DNA of 64,000 nt from Octopus vulgaris (GCA_951406725.2 OX597814.1:220596001-220660000); one strand, 5' to 3'; counted from the stretch's first letter, positions 41,569 to 56,234 are shown. The notes: generated by a model from the letters alone, not told the origin. A program made the numbers and translations.

Positions 41569-41980
41569 GGAGCAGGAGTGGCTGTGTGGTAAGTAGCTTG
41601 CTAACCAGCCACATGGTTCCGGGTTCAGTCCCACTGCATGGCATCTTGGGCAAGTGTCTTCTGCTATAGCCCCGGGCCGACCAATACCTTGTGAGTGGAT
41701 TTGGTAGATGGAAACTGAAAGAAGCCTGTCGTATATATGTATATGTATATATATAGATGTGTGTGTGCATATGTTTGTCTGTGTTTGTCCCCCTAGCATT
41801 GCTTGACAACCGATGCTGGTGTGTTTACGTCCCCGTCACTTAGCGGTTCGGCAAAAGAGACCGATAGAATAAGTACTGAGCTTACAAAGAATAAGTCCCG
41901 GGGTCGAGTTGCTTGATTAAAGGCGGTGCTCCAGCATGGCCGCAGTCAAATGACTGAAACAAGTAAAAGAGTAAAGAGTA
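41569..41980 (+). mobile_element. SINE family A, full-length
   Basis: Family A head, internal microsatellite and tail. Confidence 0.9.
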
Positions 41981-42330
41981 TTGATTTGAATCAATGATGC
42001 AATATCGCATAGCTTTAAGATTTCGATGATGTGATTGTTTATCTTTAGAATAACATTATAAAGAAGATGCGAGAGGTCAAATCTGGTTAGTTTAAACATA
42101 AAACAAGTAGAATATTTGGGCTTGGACGTGGCCTTACTGTAAATAGTTACCAGTGGTCAATAAGGAAACTGCCTATCCTGTTTACCAAATTTACAAAAGG
42201 AGTATCTTTGATATTTGCTTTTTCTACTCATCTTTATTTCAAGCTAGTGAGTCAAAGTTATATTTGTACAAGCTGTTTAAAACATTTCCGAGTTTAAAAT
42301 TTTGCTTGGTCTTATTACAATCTGACATGG

Positions 42331-42683
42331 ATGGAAGCACTCCGTCGGTTACGACAATGAGGGTTCCGGTCGATCCGAATCAACGGAACAGCCTGCTTGT
42401 GAAATTAACGTGTAAGTGGCTGAGAACTCCACAGACACGTGCACCCTTAACGTAGTTCTCGGGGATATTCAGCGTGACACAGAGAGTGACAAGGCTGGCC
42501 CCTTGAAATACAAGTACAACAGAAACAGGAAGTAAGAGTGAGAGAAAGTTGTGGTGAAAGAGTACAGCAGGGATCACCACCATCCCCTGCCGGAGCCTCG
42601 TGGAGCTTTTAGGTGTTTTCACTCAATAAACACTCACAACGCCCAGTCTGGGAATCGAAACCACTGGGCCATTGCGCCTCCAC
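42331..42683 (-). mobile_element. tRNA-derived SINE (D group; head and body shared with the 48034 copy)
   Basis: Minus strand: 'gtggaggcgcaatggcccagtggtttcgattcccagactgggcgttgtgagtgtttattgag...ctctttcaccacaactttctctcactctt...gtaaccgacggagtgcttcca'. The head has an internal deletion. Confidence 0.8.
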
Positions 42684-43574
42684 AATTTGACATAGGATGC
42701 TGATGGGTCATTAAACTAACAGTTAATAATGATCCATCAACATAGTGATAAGAATACAATATATCAACTGGTCAAGGCAGTCATTGTATTCCAATAAGTC
42801 ACTTTTGATAAAGAAATCATCCTTACCATCATTATTATACTTATCTTTATCCCACATGCTTTGCATCTGCTTTTCTAATTAGTAAGGATAAAACATAAGC
42901 AGAGAACAGCCTTTTCCCCTTCCAACTTTTCTAATCAGATCAAAATATCTTCCCTCCCATATTTCTCAATCAGTCTTTCCTCTGTTTCTCATACCCCTCC
43001 AACTAATGACACATATTCATTCCCCCACCATACATCCTCCTCTATTTGCACCATATTATATATTCATACAATATAGTCATGTTTCTGGCCTGCACAGCCA
43101 ATTGTCCTATAATACAAAGCAATATTCCAGGTTCACTTGCACTTAAAGTGTCCATCAAATTTAATCTGTATCACTGAATATCTATAGCACTGGCTAATGA
43201 AAATACTTTTTTTAACATTTTATTAAGTCATTTATTTTTTTCTAAATTTATTTTAGCAGTACTAATTTATGCCATTCCCCAGATTTTCTTTGTACAAGTT
43301 AGAATTAATCCCAGTAAGGTTTACTTAAATTTTCCTGCTCTTTCATACTTCCATTAGTTTGGGAGTCGTGGATTTACAGAATCCAACTCTGTATGTTCTG
43401 CCTTCAAATCCGACAGGGGTCAACTCTGCCCTTCATCCCTTCAGGCTTGATAAAATAAAGTACCAGTCTCAACTTATCAAAATTGCTAGCCTTGAGCCAA
43501 AGCTACAAAAATTATTTGAGAGTGGGTTAGCATGAGCACCACCCATTATTTTGAAGAGTTTTTAGTGGTTGCAA

Positions 43575-43775
43575 ATGATCCCGTTGGTCACGAATGACCA
43601 TGGGATTGCACCTAGAAAGTTACCCTCCAAGGCACAAGTCCAGGCAAGGTTGTTTATATTATAGACCAGCAGTTGTTCATACATACAAGCCTCCCCTCTC
43701 CACGCCACCAGTGGTCATCCAAAGGAAAGGCAATGACTGATACAGCTTGGCACCAGTGACCTAGCAACTCACCTT
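43575..43775 (-). mobile_element. 3' fragment of the 18954-type SINE
   Basis: The reverse complement matches about 19095-19290. Confidence 0.75.
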
Positions 43776-43875
43776 CACATGTGCCTTCTCTACCTATCAA
43801 ATATACAATGGTAAAAATGAAATCTGTCTTTAATGTTTATCTTAAAATTATTTTAAACAACTGAATTATAATGAA

Positions 43876-44266
43876 CTAGCAGTATCGCCTGGCGTTGCTC
43901 AGGTTTGTAAGCGAAATAACTATATAAGCATTTTTAGAGATGTAAAGTATAATAGCCATCTCAATATGGCTAACCACATTCTGAGATTTAATAATACGTT
44001 CTGAGATTTAATAATACATTTTTAGAGAGTTACTTCCCTTATATAATAGCAAAAAAATGCATTAAAATGGAAAAAAAATTATGGTAATTTTTTTTTTTAA
44101 TCATAGACTCATCGTAGATGCGCGCTAATACCCAGAAGGGCTCGATATGAATCACGACTATAAGATACCCGAATTTGGTTAAACTGCACCGCAAAATGTG
44201 GGAGTAGTTAGGAATCTAAATCGGAGGAGACAGACTCTCACACAACCTCACTTTTATATATAAAGA
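43876..44266 (-). mobile_element. Non-autonomous Helitron, second copy
   Basis: Same termini and body as 35584-35988. Confidence 0.85.
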
Positions 44267-44534
44267 TGAATTAGAAGAGTATCAGACAAAATACCTTGTA
44301 GTATTTGGTTGCATCTAAGTTTTATATTGAAATCCTGCTAACATTAACTTTGCCTTTCATTCTTGCTGGAGCAATAAAACAAAGTACCACCACCCTAACT
44401 ACTAGGTCACATACCTTCACTACATACTTATTCATAAAATGTCAGTGTGGTAGTGGTATGATAATGGTGAACATGCAGATGATTATTTCAGTGTTGGAAA
44501 CAGTGATGATAATAGAGATGTTGATGATGACATT

Positions 44535-45000
44535 GATTTCAAAATTTGACACAAGGCCAGCAGTTTTAGGGGGAGGGGGCCAAGTTGATTAAATTGACCT
44601 CAGTGCTCAATTAGTACTTATTTTATCGACTCCAATGTGATGAAAGGCAAAGTCAACCTTTGCTGAATTTGAACTCAGAGTGTCAAAACACCAATACGTC
44701 GCTAAGCATCTGGTCCAGTCTTCTAATGATTCTGCCAGCTCATTGTCAATCATGATGATAATATTGATTTTAGATTTTGGCACAAGGCTAGCAATTTTCA
44801 GGGGGGTAGGGTTGGGGGAAGCTGATTATATCGCCCCCAAGTAATCAACTGATACTTATCTTTATCAACCTCAAGAGATGAAAGCAAAGTTGACCTCTGT
44901 GGAATTTGAACTCAGAATATCAAGACAGACGAACTGCCACAAAGCATGTTGCCTGGCATGCTAATAATTCTGCCAGCCCACTGTCCATGTGATGATAATA
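44535..45000 (-). mobile_element. Two tandem diverged family B SINEs
   Basis: 'cacaaggc.agca.tttt..ggggg...gaatttgaactcaga...ttctgccagc' occurs twice. Confidence 0.75.
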
Positions 45001-46175
45001 TTAATGAGAGTAACGGTGGTTGAATGGTAATGATGGTGTTGATAGCAGTGATAATGATGGTGGTAGTTTTTGGTAATGATAAGGATATTTAATTCAAATC
45101 TGCAAAAGTAATTACATTGCAAATATAACACATTGACGCAGAAGGATGTTGGATGTGGATCCGGTTAAAAAACATTGCAGTTTTAAGTCTTGAGAAGAAG
45201 AAAAGCAAAATGCAACATAATCCTGTTACTATCATCTTTACTCATGAAGTAAAGATGATGACAGTAACTTCACAGTAATATATCAGTGCTGGTGCTTAAC
45301 TTTCTGCATCTGAATCTGGTCTCTACTGATTTCTAATATTGTCTTAAGGCCAAAGACTTTAGGGAAAGGAGACAGTCAATGAAATGGTAATGTTGACTTG
45401 GGCAGTATTTGAACTCAGGACATAAAGGGCCAGAGTTAAATATAAATTGGCATTTTCACCACTCCAGTCAATCTCGAAAGAGATATGTAGATAAGAATGA
45501 AAACATATGTGCTAGACTAAATCCAAAGATTTCGGCTATAGCCATTTCCCTAGAGTAGCTTAGCAGTTACAGAATGGTAATTTGGAAGATGCAAATGATT
45601 ATAATGAGTTTAGAGGAACTGCCTCAGAGCAATAATATTGCTGAGCTAATTTACAATTTTAAGGTGAATGAGAAATGAAAATATCATTAAATCTGGTCAG
45701 TTGGGATTATTGTTAGGAAAGTCAGGAGTTCCTTTTCTTGCTTGAAATTCACTGCTGCCTTACAACTAAAACAAAAAGAAATGATGAGGGACATCACCAT
45801 CCCTTTCCTATAAATCAGAAACCATCATATTTAATTATGCAGCATTTTACAATAAAATAATAATAATAATAATAAAACAAAACAAATCATTATTTGTGAT
45901 TTGTGATTTGCAATTTTTACATAGTTCTAGAAGTTCTATTGGCTAATGAAGTTGTTGGATTGTTGTTTTCTTTTTTTTTTTTCTTTTAATGTTGATCTAT
46001 AAAGAATGGGTTGTTTCCAAGACCTTTGCAGGTCCTCTCAGAATAGTGATATTGATATAGTTGATACTCTTCATGAATGACTGTTGGGCAATATCTACAG
46101 AGAAAAAACGTGGGTGGCAAGAGAACTAAATGTTTTGTCTGGGTACTGGCAAAAGTAAAGGCATTGATGGACTAC

Positions 46176-46211
<36 letters not shown>

Positions 46212-46400
46212 TATATGTATATTATTTTGGTCAAGTCAATCTCTTGCTGCTACAGTTTCAGGGAAGTTATAACTTGCCTTGAGGATCCTCCTCACACACA
46301 GGCAAAACTCAGGATAGCAACAGACTAATTTGACCTAAATAAAATATATAATTAATCTCTATTATGTAGTGTGCTCATTCTTACAACAGTCAACACTAAG

Positions 46401-46443
<43 letters not shown>

Positions 46444-48033
46444 TACATCATTATATCTTTATGGCAAATTTACAATACGTATTTCTGTTAAATGCTAAGA
46501 AAATGCTGGCTGTGAAGACAAAAACTGGGAGTTAAAGAGCTGAAATCTCTCCACTAATATTCCTACATCTCACAACTGGAGACGCCAATGAAGGCAAAAA
46601 TGATAATTCATACATATGTATTACAAGCTTCAAATTGTTTCTTTTAAGCAAGGTTTGTCATACTTCTTGCTTTAGTCAACAAACCTGGAAAGAAAGTTCC
46701 TCAGTTAAGACTTCATGGTTAATTAAGAGTTTAGAATAAGTAGCCATAAAACACTTGCTTTCACAATCTTTGTAACTAGAAACAGGAAGGCAGGAGGGCA
46801 AGAAACATATGTAGTCATACACCCTGCTAGAAATAACAGCCATATCATGCTTGTACTGCATTCTACTACTGTCTTCAAGAAAGACATGAACATATAATCC
46901 TAAATGCTTTGTACCTTATAGAAGGATGGGATGGTATGTTCACAATATGAATGTGCTTAATCATAGGTCTTGTCAATCAGAGATGACCTGGGGCTAAAGA
47001 AAAACATTCCCCCATCCCCTACACACATTTGTAGGTATTTGAAGAGACTATCCGATACATCTTGGAATATAAGAAATAAAATTGAAACAAAAGAGAACAA
47101 AGACCATGCCAGTGGTAATGATAGGAGTATCATCCCAGATGGTGAATTATAGACACTTCCAAAAACATAGAAAAATAGAATTAAAAATAAAATAAAAAAC
47201 CATAAATTAATTCTAACTTAATTCTTGAGCAACCATTCATAATGATTGACAGCTCTGTGGTGTTATTAAAAAAGTTGTCAAAAAAAAGAGGAAAAAATAT
47301 TATTGTAATAATAATTTTATAAAAAATTTATCTCAAGAAATTACTCCATTTCCTTCACATATTGGTTGTAGATAGATCTAAATATGATAACATTATACCT
47401 TTTTAGATATTAATGAGAGATAATGTGATACTGTTTCTTTTATAATATGTTCCGGTAAGATGAATTATCTTATTCTGAAAGAATAATTATAAAAGGGGAA
47501 AAAAGAAAATAGAATAAGAAAAAAAAAAAATACAAGGAAAAAAAATCAGCAAATTTAGACAATCATTCTTTACTTTTAGATAGAGAGATAATGAGAGAGA
47601 GAAGGATGAAGAGCATCTCTCTCTCTCTCTCAGCAGATGCACACATGTATATTTATAAGGGTTTGGATGTGGAGTTCTTTGAGAAAGGGTTTAATGGCTG
47701 GATGGTTTTCCTGTCGTCAACTCTTACCTAGTAACAAGTTAGGGATTTATTTTAATCTACAGATGTCCTTTCTGAAAGTGCAAAGTGAATGGTTTTTATG
47801 TCAGCAAAAGAATATCATCATTACCACTACTTCACTCAAGTAGTGACAAACATACATACATTAGGTCTCTTGGAGTTTCCATCTACCAAATTTCCTCACA
47901 AGGCATTGGGTGACTGAGAACTAAAGAAGACGATGCATTGAGATTGAACATGAAACTATGAGATTAAAAAGTAAACAGCTGAGCCAAACAGCCAAGTCTG
48001 TAGTATGAACACACACACATACATACACACACG

Positions 48034-48342
48034 TAGAGGCATATGGCCTAGTAGTTAGAGCAGCGGACTCGCAGTCGAGGGATTGCGGGTTCAAATCTCA
48101 GACTGGGCGATGTGTGTGTTTATGAGCGAAACACCTAAGCTCCACACGGCTCCAGCAGAAGGTAATGGCGAACTTCTGCTAACTCTTTCACCACAACTTT
48201 CTCTCACTCTTTCCTCCTGCATCTTGCAGCTCACCTGTGATGGACTGGCATCCTGTCCAGGTGGGGAACCTATACGCCAAGGAAACCGAGAAACCGGCCC
48301 TTATGAGCCAGGCGTGGCTTGAGAAGGAACAAACAAACAAAC
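48034..48342 (+). mobile_element. tRNA-derived SINE (D group) with (AAAC)n tail
   Basis: A-box tggcctagtagtt, B-box ggttcaaatc, body 'ctctttcaccacaactttctctcactctt', tail 'gatggactggcatcctgtccagg...gaaggaacaaacaaac'. Confidence 0.8.
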
Positions 48343-49227
48343 ACACACACATATGCATGCACACACACACACGTAGTGAAAACAAAAAGTAGAAGGAAAG
48401 AAAATAAGAAAGATAGAGAGAAAAACCAATGTTTAAAGGTAAAAAATACAGAAGTATCAAGGTAATAATGAATTTGGCCAGTTTGAAATTCTAGCTTATG
48501 TCAAACTCAAAGAAAAAGTTGTTAAAATTTTTACTTAAGAAAACTCAGCAAAAAATAATTGAAGAATCTATAAATATCAATGCAAAATACTTTGGAAATA
48601 AAAGAGTCTTGTTTGAATCGTTTTGCAAATCAGAAATAAAATCATGACTTTAAACCAGTAATGATAGCCAAAACATATGATAAACAACACTGAAGCTCTC
48701 AAGAAAGGTTTGAAAAAATAGTTGTTTAACATAACAATTGTCTTTTAAACACTTGCTTGAAACTCTTTCAAAACAAGAAAATAACTTTTTAAAGCCAATA
48801 TAACAAAGTTGAAGTATGTCAGAATTATCTGCTGTAGTAGTAGTAGCAGATTGAACAACATGCAGGAAGATTAAAACTGATTGTTACCTCTACTCAAAGT
48901 ATTTGAAGTGGGCTAATAACACAGGAACCCACAAGCAAAATTGGATGTTGATAATTTAAAATACAAAAGAGAGAAAAAAAAAACACTTTTAAAAATTAAT
49001 CAACTTCAGCAGGCAATGTATGTCAAGTTCTTTGATATTTCAAAACATTTTTTTTTTATGATTGCAGATAAAATAGCAGATTTTTTCATATTTTTTTTTT
49101 TCCTTTTGAAACATGAGTGTAACTTCAAGATTTTCAACCTCTACAAAAATGGATCTATAATGGAGTATAAATATTGAGAAAATATGAAGAAAAATATCAC
49201 ATAGCTTCTCTAAGTTTTAGAATAAAG

Positions 49228-49283
<56 letters not shown>

Positions 49284-51227
49284 GGGTGCAGTTTTAAGAT
49301 TTTCAACTCTTGAAAATGAATCCATAATGGAATATAAACACAGAAAATATGAAAAGAAAATAAGTTTCTGTAAGCTTCCAATGAAAGTTACACACAAACA
49401 CACACACATACATGTATAAAATATGTTTAAGGCATATTTGAACCTTAAAAGGCTTTTAGCAGCAGTTTTTCACAGAGAGAAGATTCTTGCTCAAGTCAGA
49501 ATGGAGTCAAAAGACCATAGTCAACTTAAGAGCACTCCTTATTGGACAGGTGATTGTATTTTGAATTTTTCAGCTCTTTTCTGCACCAGATCCCTTTTGT
49601 GAAATCAAATACCTTTCAAACATATTTCAACTTGTCTTAAATCTGTTTACACTCAGACACAGCTTTGTGCATCTACGCATGAATTTGTTCTAGCCTGGCA
49701 GCTAACATGTACCATCTGACAATAATATTGACTGATTTCTTATAAAGGCAACTTCACTTCCAAGTCATGTCAGAGTTGTCGCTCTTTGGTATCTGGTGCT
49801 GAGAGAACTAAAAAGTTCACTATGCATCCCTCAGTTTAGTTGAAGGTGCTCTGAGCAACCTAAGGTGTTTTGACACCATTTTGTCTTAAGCAAGTCTATT
49901 TTTTTTCATGGCAACAGCAGTGAAAAATCTTTTAATGGTTCAAATATCTCTCGAGTATATTTGATTTTGTTCATTCATTCTCAGTCACTGCTTTATGTAT
50001 CTATACACAAATATATATATTTAACGTTTTGATAATACTAAGAGAAACATTACGTAGAGTAATCCCATAAAGAATTTCAGAATGTAAATTTGATGAGATC
50101 TCCCAATATAGCTTGTGTGGTATAAAAACCAAACAACTGACAACTCACCACTTCAGAAACCCAAAGCAATCACAAATTATAAAACAAGTATTCAGTCTCA
50201 GACAACTTGCAGCAGTGGGATGGGAACAGGCCCCATCCTCCAGAGCAAAGCAATAAAAGAAAACAAAAGACACAAACATTAAAAAACTACATTAATTCCA
50301 TGTAATTTCTAGATGACACTCAAGGTCTCATCCAAGACAGCAGATCAACTTCATTCAGCCATTGAGCCATAAACAATTGTTTTTCAGTGAACCATAAAAA
50401 GTGTTCAGCATGGATATGTGGCATGAAGTGGTAGCAAAAAAACTGACAGTAACATTTATTTAAGCATTTGCTGAATAAAATACTGAACTATTAAAGCAAA
50501 TTATGATTTAAACATAGCCATTATGTTGCATTCAATACACATTACATAACTCAGCTTTGTTGATACTCTCATTCAAACAAACTATTAACACTAAGAAGGC
50601 TATCTATGTGTTTTCTGACAGTTTAAATAGGAATATATAATATATCTGTAAAAGTTCAGACTCTGGCAAAAAAAAAAAAAGAAAAAAGAAAGAAAGAAAA
50701 CAAGAAAGAAGAGTAAAATTATGGAAAGCCAAAGAAAATGGCAAAATATTTCAATATCTTGATAAGGCAATGATTGTCAATTTCCATTTCTAGTTAAGCT
50801 GATTTTAGAACTGGTCAGGTCTCACATATTGATCTCGGCTAGAAGAGAGATCAATTTATTATTGTCATTACTATTATTATTATTATTATTACTACTAATA
50901 GAAACCAACTTGCATCAATGTATCAAACTATATACCAATCCCAGTCCATGGTTGAATTGTTTGCAATGGGAAGTGTATTAGCTTGAAAATATTCATATAG
51001 AAAATAACCAAATTTCAACGATGTCAACAACAACACAGATATCATCCAAACCATGCTCACAAAATATTAAAAAAAAAAAATAAAAAAATAAATAAATAAA
51101 TAAAAAAGAGAAAGTGAATGGAAATTATTGGCAAACATATAATAAAAATCAATTCTATATCTCTGAAATCGTAAACAAACCAGAATGACTTATAAGAAGA
51201 AAAAAAAATTGAGATATACACATTTTC

Positions 51228-51254
51228 TGATATATATATATATATGTGTGTATT

Positions 51255-51302
<48 letters not shown>

Positions 51303-51358
51303 TATACACACACACATGCACAAAGATACATACATACATATATGTATATACGTTTTAT

Positions 51359-51393
<35 letters not shown>

Positions 51394-52000
51394 CACACAC
51401 ACATATATATACACACACACATATACATAGATATATACACATACACATATATAAACATATACATATATACTTACATATACACAGATATATATACATACAT
51501 ATATATAAACATATGCATACACACACATACATATACATGTACATGTGTACATACATACATACATACATTCATGCACACATATATACACACACACACGCAC
51601 AAAGATACATACATACATATATGTATATATGTTTTATACACACACACATATATATATACACACACACATATATATATACACACACACATATGCATAGATA
51701 TATACACATACACATATATACACATATACAAACATATACATAGATATATATATACACACATATATAAACATATGCATACACACACACACATATATATACA
51801 CACACACACACACATATACATAGATATATACACATATATAAACATATACATATATACTTACATATACATAGATATATATATACACACATATATATAAACA
51901 TATGCATACACACACATACATACACATGTATGTGTACATGTGTACATACATACATACATACATACATACATACATACATACATAGATTCATACACACATA
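51228..52000. repeat. Compound TA/CA microsatellite with higher-order duplication
   Basis: 'cacaaagatacatacatacatatatgtatata' and 'ataaacatatgcatacac' recur. Confidence 0.9.
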
Positions 52001-52620
52001 GATAACCGTGGAATTGCTGGAACGGGGAAGAAATAAGTTGTATATAACAAACAGATGAAGAAAAGGTGATGTGCATTATTTAATTTCCTGGAAACTCTTA
52101 ACAACGTTTAGATGACTTGAATCCATAAACACAGAACTTGTACCAAATCATACATACATGCTCTGCACAATCTATTTACAGACTCATGCTGTTTTGCTTA
52201 AAACAAAACACACACACACACATACACATATTTTAAAAGAAATCTGAATAATAATAAGAAAAAAAAGCTTTTTTTTTTTTTTTTCGCTTTCATTTAGAAA
52301 TTGCTCACAATTACTTTTACATGCCAGGATGGGTTTTGTTAGCTATATAAGCTTTGAAACATTTCAATAAATTGCTACTTAAAGGGAAGTATTTTACAGT
52401 TTGGCAATCTGTCTTATATCAACTATTAAACTGTTTAGTGAAATTAGCCCATTTTTATTCCAACTTTCAGTTTTTGATTGTTTCAAGTGTCCTACACATA
52501 TACACACATAAATGTACATGTGTGTGCACTTGGGTATGTCTTTCAAACTGTGACCTCATGTGTACCATTGGTGATCTTTTTCCCTCTGTCTTCCTTTCTC
52601 TGGATCTTTCCTTCTCCTAT

Positions 52621-52655
52621 GTTTCCGACGAAGAGCTCCGCTCGAAATGTTAAAC
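52621..52655 (+). ncRNA. Minimal type I hammerhead-ribozyme-like motif (degenerate) in a probable Penelope-like terminal repeat (about 52540-52748)
   Basis: GUUU-CCGACGA-A-GAGC-UCC-GCUC-GAAA-UGUU-AAAC. Stem I is GUUU/AAAC, stem II is perfect, and the core has U4>C. Confidence 0.55.
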
Positions 52656-53415
52656 CCTCCTTCTTTCCTGAGCGTCCAATAATACTATATTTGTTCCACG
52701 TCCTCGCGTTGTTGTGTTTTTTTGTGCTTTCTTGCTTGGATTAACTTGATATATATAAATATATATATATATATGATGATATATATATACATACACACAT
52801 ACATATCGTACTTTGACCGATCATTTATACCTCATCTCCCTATTGTAAAGTTGGTACCTCAAGGTTTGTTGTTTTGCACCCAGTACATGCAATAAATGGT
52901 TGACATTAGGAAAGGAATGCAACCATAGAAACCATGCTGAAGCAGATACTGAAGAAGGATGCAGTTCTTGGACACCACTAGATCCTGTCAAATCAGCCAA
53001 CATGTAGCAGCATGGAACGTGGACTGAGGTCATGCACACCACTTACATGTTTTTTTTTGTTTTTTTTTAACTGTACTGACACCCAGCCAAGAGCTCTGTG
53101 CGAATCACACCTTTTCACGAACATATAAGCAAATAAACAAACTGGGGTTTGAAAGGTGTACTTTGGACACTCCATCAAACTCTCCAGACCTTTTACCATG
53201 CAGTGTAATTCTTAAACTATTTTGTTTAACTTTTCTTCCCTTCACAGAATTCATACATTTTCCCTCAGTTTCCTATTTCATTTTAAACCTTTTGCTGCTT
53301 ATTAAAACGGTTCACATCCCTATGTAACTTTCTCACACACTTTACACACATATATCACAACCTCCATAATGCTCTTTTCATCCCTTTTCATTCATCAATA
53401 TCTTTTTACCCCTTA

Positions 53416-54020
53416 AGGCGGCAAGCTGGCAGAAACATTAGTACGCCAGGAAAAATGCTTGGCGGTATTTTGTCAGTCATACCAATATTTCGACTGCCGC
53501 TACGTTCTGAGTTCAAATTCCGCCGAGGTCGACTTTGCCTTTCATCCTTTCGGGGTCGATAAATTAAGTACCAGTTACGCACTGGGGTTGATGTATTCGA
53601 CTTAATCCGTTCGTCTGTCCTTGTTTGACCTTTCTGTGTCTAGCCCCTTGTGGGTAGTAAAGAAATAGGTATTTTGTCAGTCTTTACATTCTGAGTTCAA
53701 ATTCCGCCGTGGCCAACTTTACCTTTTATCCTTTCGGGGTCGATAAATTAAGTACCAGTTACGCACTGGGGTTGATGTATTCGACTTAATCCATTTGTCT
53801 GTCCTTGTTTGACCTCTCTGTGTCTAGCCCCTTGTGGGTAGTAAAGAAATAGGTATTTTGTCAGTCTTTACATTCTGAGTTCAAATTCCACCGTGGCCAA
53901 CTTTACCTTTCATCCTTTGAGGGTTGAGAAATTAAGTACCAGTTGTGTACTGGGTTTAATCTAATCAATTGACCCCCTCCCCAAAACTTCTGGGCCTTGT
54001 GCCTTGAGTAGAAAAGAATA
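53416..54020 (+). mobile_element. SINE family B with three tandem internal units
   Basis: A unit of about 180 bp occurs three times. AATATCTTTTTAC on both flanks (53397 and 54017) is a probable TSD. Confidence 0.85.
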
Positions 54021-55287
54021 TCTTTTTACTCATTGTATTCATGCTCAGTCTCACCTCCACACATACATGCTTTCTTGCCAACCACATAACGATTACACAT
54101 ACACTCATATACACACACTCACACATACTCTAAAACTACACCACTATACTTCCACATTTGCACATCTCGACACACAACTCGCTAAAATATACAAGCACCA
54201 TTACTCCACTTATGCCTACTTACTGTACTCAGAACTCTACTACTTGGGTTACTTTGAATGAGTACATGTGTGTGTGTGTGTATATGATTCATCTGTGTTG
54301 AGAAATCTATATTTTATTTAGTGGCCATTGCATTGTTGATAACACACTTCAGTGACCAAAATGTTTTCTAATTTGATTTGTCAGGTCAACCTCATTAATT
54401 GGTTGTAATCCTAAAATATTTTATATTGACACAACTTTGGAACTGTGAACCATTAAAAGGAAGTAGATAAGTTTCGAACTTGGAACTCTAAAATTTAATA
54501 CAGTATTCACCAAGTCATTTAAATACAAATACCAATCGTTAAAAATTTCCAAAGTTTTTTTTTTATACTTTATAAAACATGTTTCTACACTTTCACCAAC
54601 GAAATATGGTTAAAATAACATTTACTTTATTTTATTTTGGTTTTATCTGTGTACATTTATTTTTGAAAAATCACAATTTTTGTTTTCTTAGTTTTTTTTT
54701 TTTTTTTTTTTTGAAAAGACCTTATTTAATCATGCAGCAGATTATAGAGAAGCGAAACCAATTTTTGAAGCTGAGACAGCCAAAATATAGAGTAAAAGAT
54801 TATTTATTTTTGCTCCACTTTCTAACCTTGGTTATGAATTATAATTCATTAGAAGTTAAAAAAAATTGGAATGAAAGAGCAACAAAGAGCAGCTTTTCAG
54901 AATGGGTAAAAAAAGGAAAATGATAAACAAATCATTTAGCTGAAGGCATCATTATATTGGCTGGTTATTAAATAGTTGGCCATATCATTAACTATTGGTG
55001 TGATGATGGAGGTACAGAAATCCACTGTTGAAAACCACTCAATGAGAAACATAAGCAGTCAACAGTGGAGAAAAAAATATACAATTTCAATAAGTAATCA
55101 GAGTAATGAAAATGTCACTAACTCTTATTATTTTTGTTTGTGTTCAGTTTTAGAAAGATTTATTGAATAAAACGATGGACAAATTTTGTAAGAGAAAATG
55201 TAGGTTCAGCAGAATAAACTCCAAAATATTACAGGCACTTCATTGAATCAAAGACGAAGGGAAGATAAAAGCTAGTAATAATAATCA

Positions 55288-56215
55288 TGGTTTCAAATTT
55301 TGCCACAAGGGCAGCTATTTTAGGGGAGGGGATAAGTCGATTACATCGACCCCAGTGTTAAACTGGTGCTTATTTTATCGACCCTGAAAGGATGAAAGGC
55401 AAAGTTGACCTCAGTAGAGTTTGAACTCAGAATCTAGAGATGAGTGAAATACTGCTAAGCATTTTGTCCGATGTGCTAACAATTCTGCTAGCTCACTGCA
55501 AATAATAATGGTAATAATCCTTTCTACTAAGGTGGTGAGCTGGCAGAATTGTTAGCATGCCAGGCAAAATGCTTAGTGGTATTTCATCTGTCTTTATGTT
55601 CTGATTTCAAATTCCGCCAATGTTGACTTTGACTTTCATCCTTTCAGGATCGATAAATTAAGTACCAGTTGTGTACTGGAGTTGATCTAATTGACTGGGC
55701 CCCTCCCCAAAAATTTTGGGCCTTGAGCCTAGAGTAGAAAAGAATAATCCTTTCTACTAAAAGCATAAGGCCTGAAATTTGGGGAGAGGGGACTAGTCGA
55801 TTACAACGACCCCAGGGTTTCACTGGTACTTAATTTATTGACCCCAAAAGGATGAAAGGCAAAATCAACCTTGGTGAAATTGGAACTCAGAACATAGTAT
55901 CATACTAATAAGCATTTTGTCTGGTGCGTTAATGATTCTGCCAGCTCACTGCCAATAATAATATTAGTAGTAATAATGATGATGATTTCTTTTAAGTAAT
56001 TGTTTCTCGTATGAACAGAAGGCCTGAAATTTGGTGGGAGGGGCCAGTCAATTACATTGACCTCAGTGCTCAATTAGAACTTATTTCATTGTGCCCGAAA
56101 AGGACAAAAGGTAAAAACAAGCTCACTGAAATATGAGCTCAGAACTTAAAGACAGACAAAATGCCACTACTAAGCAGTATGTCTGGTGTGGTAATGATTC
56201 TGCCATCCCACCACC
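55288..56215. mobile_element. Cluster of four family B SINEs (-,+,-,-)
   Basis: 55288-55500(-); 55531-55742(+) with 18-bp TSD AATAATCCTTTCTACTAA at 55513-55530 and 55743-55760; 55760-55955(-); 56018-56215(-). Confidence 0.8.
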
Positions 56216-56217
56216 TG

Positions 56218-56234
56218 AATAATAATAATAATAA

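Noticed and set aside
49783-49805. TCTTTGGT start resembling miR-9 (also TCCCTGAG at 21331 resembling miR-125)
   Set aside because: Only the seed matches. The rest differs and no precursor hairpin is evident.
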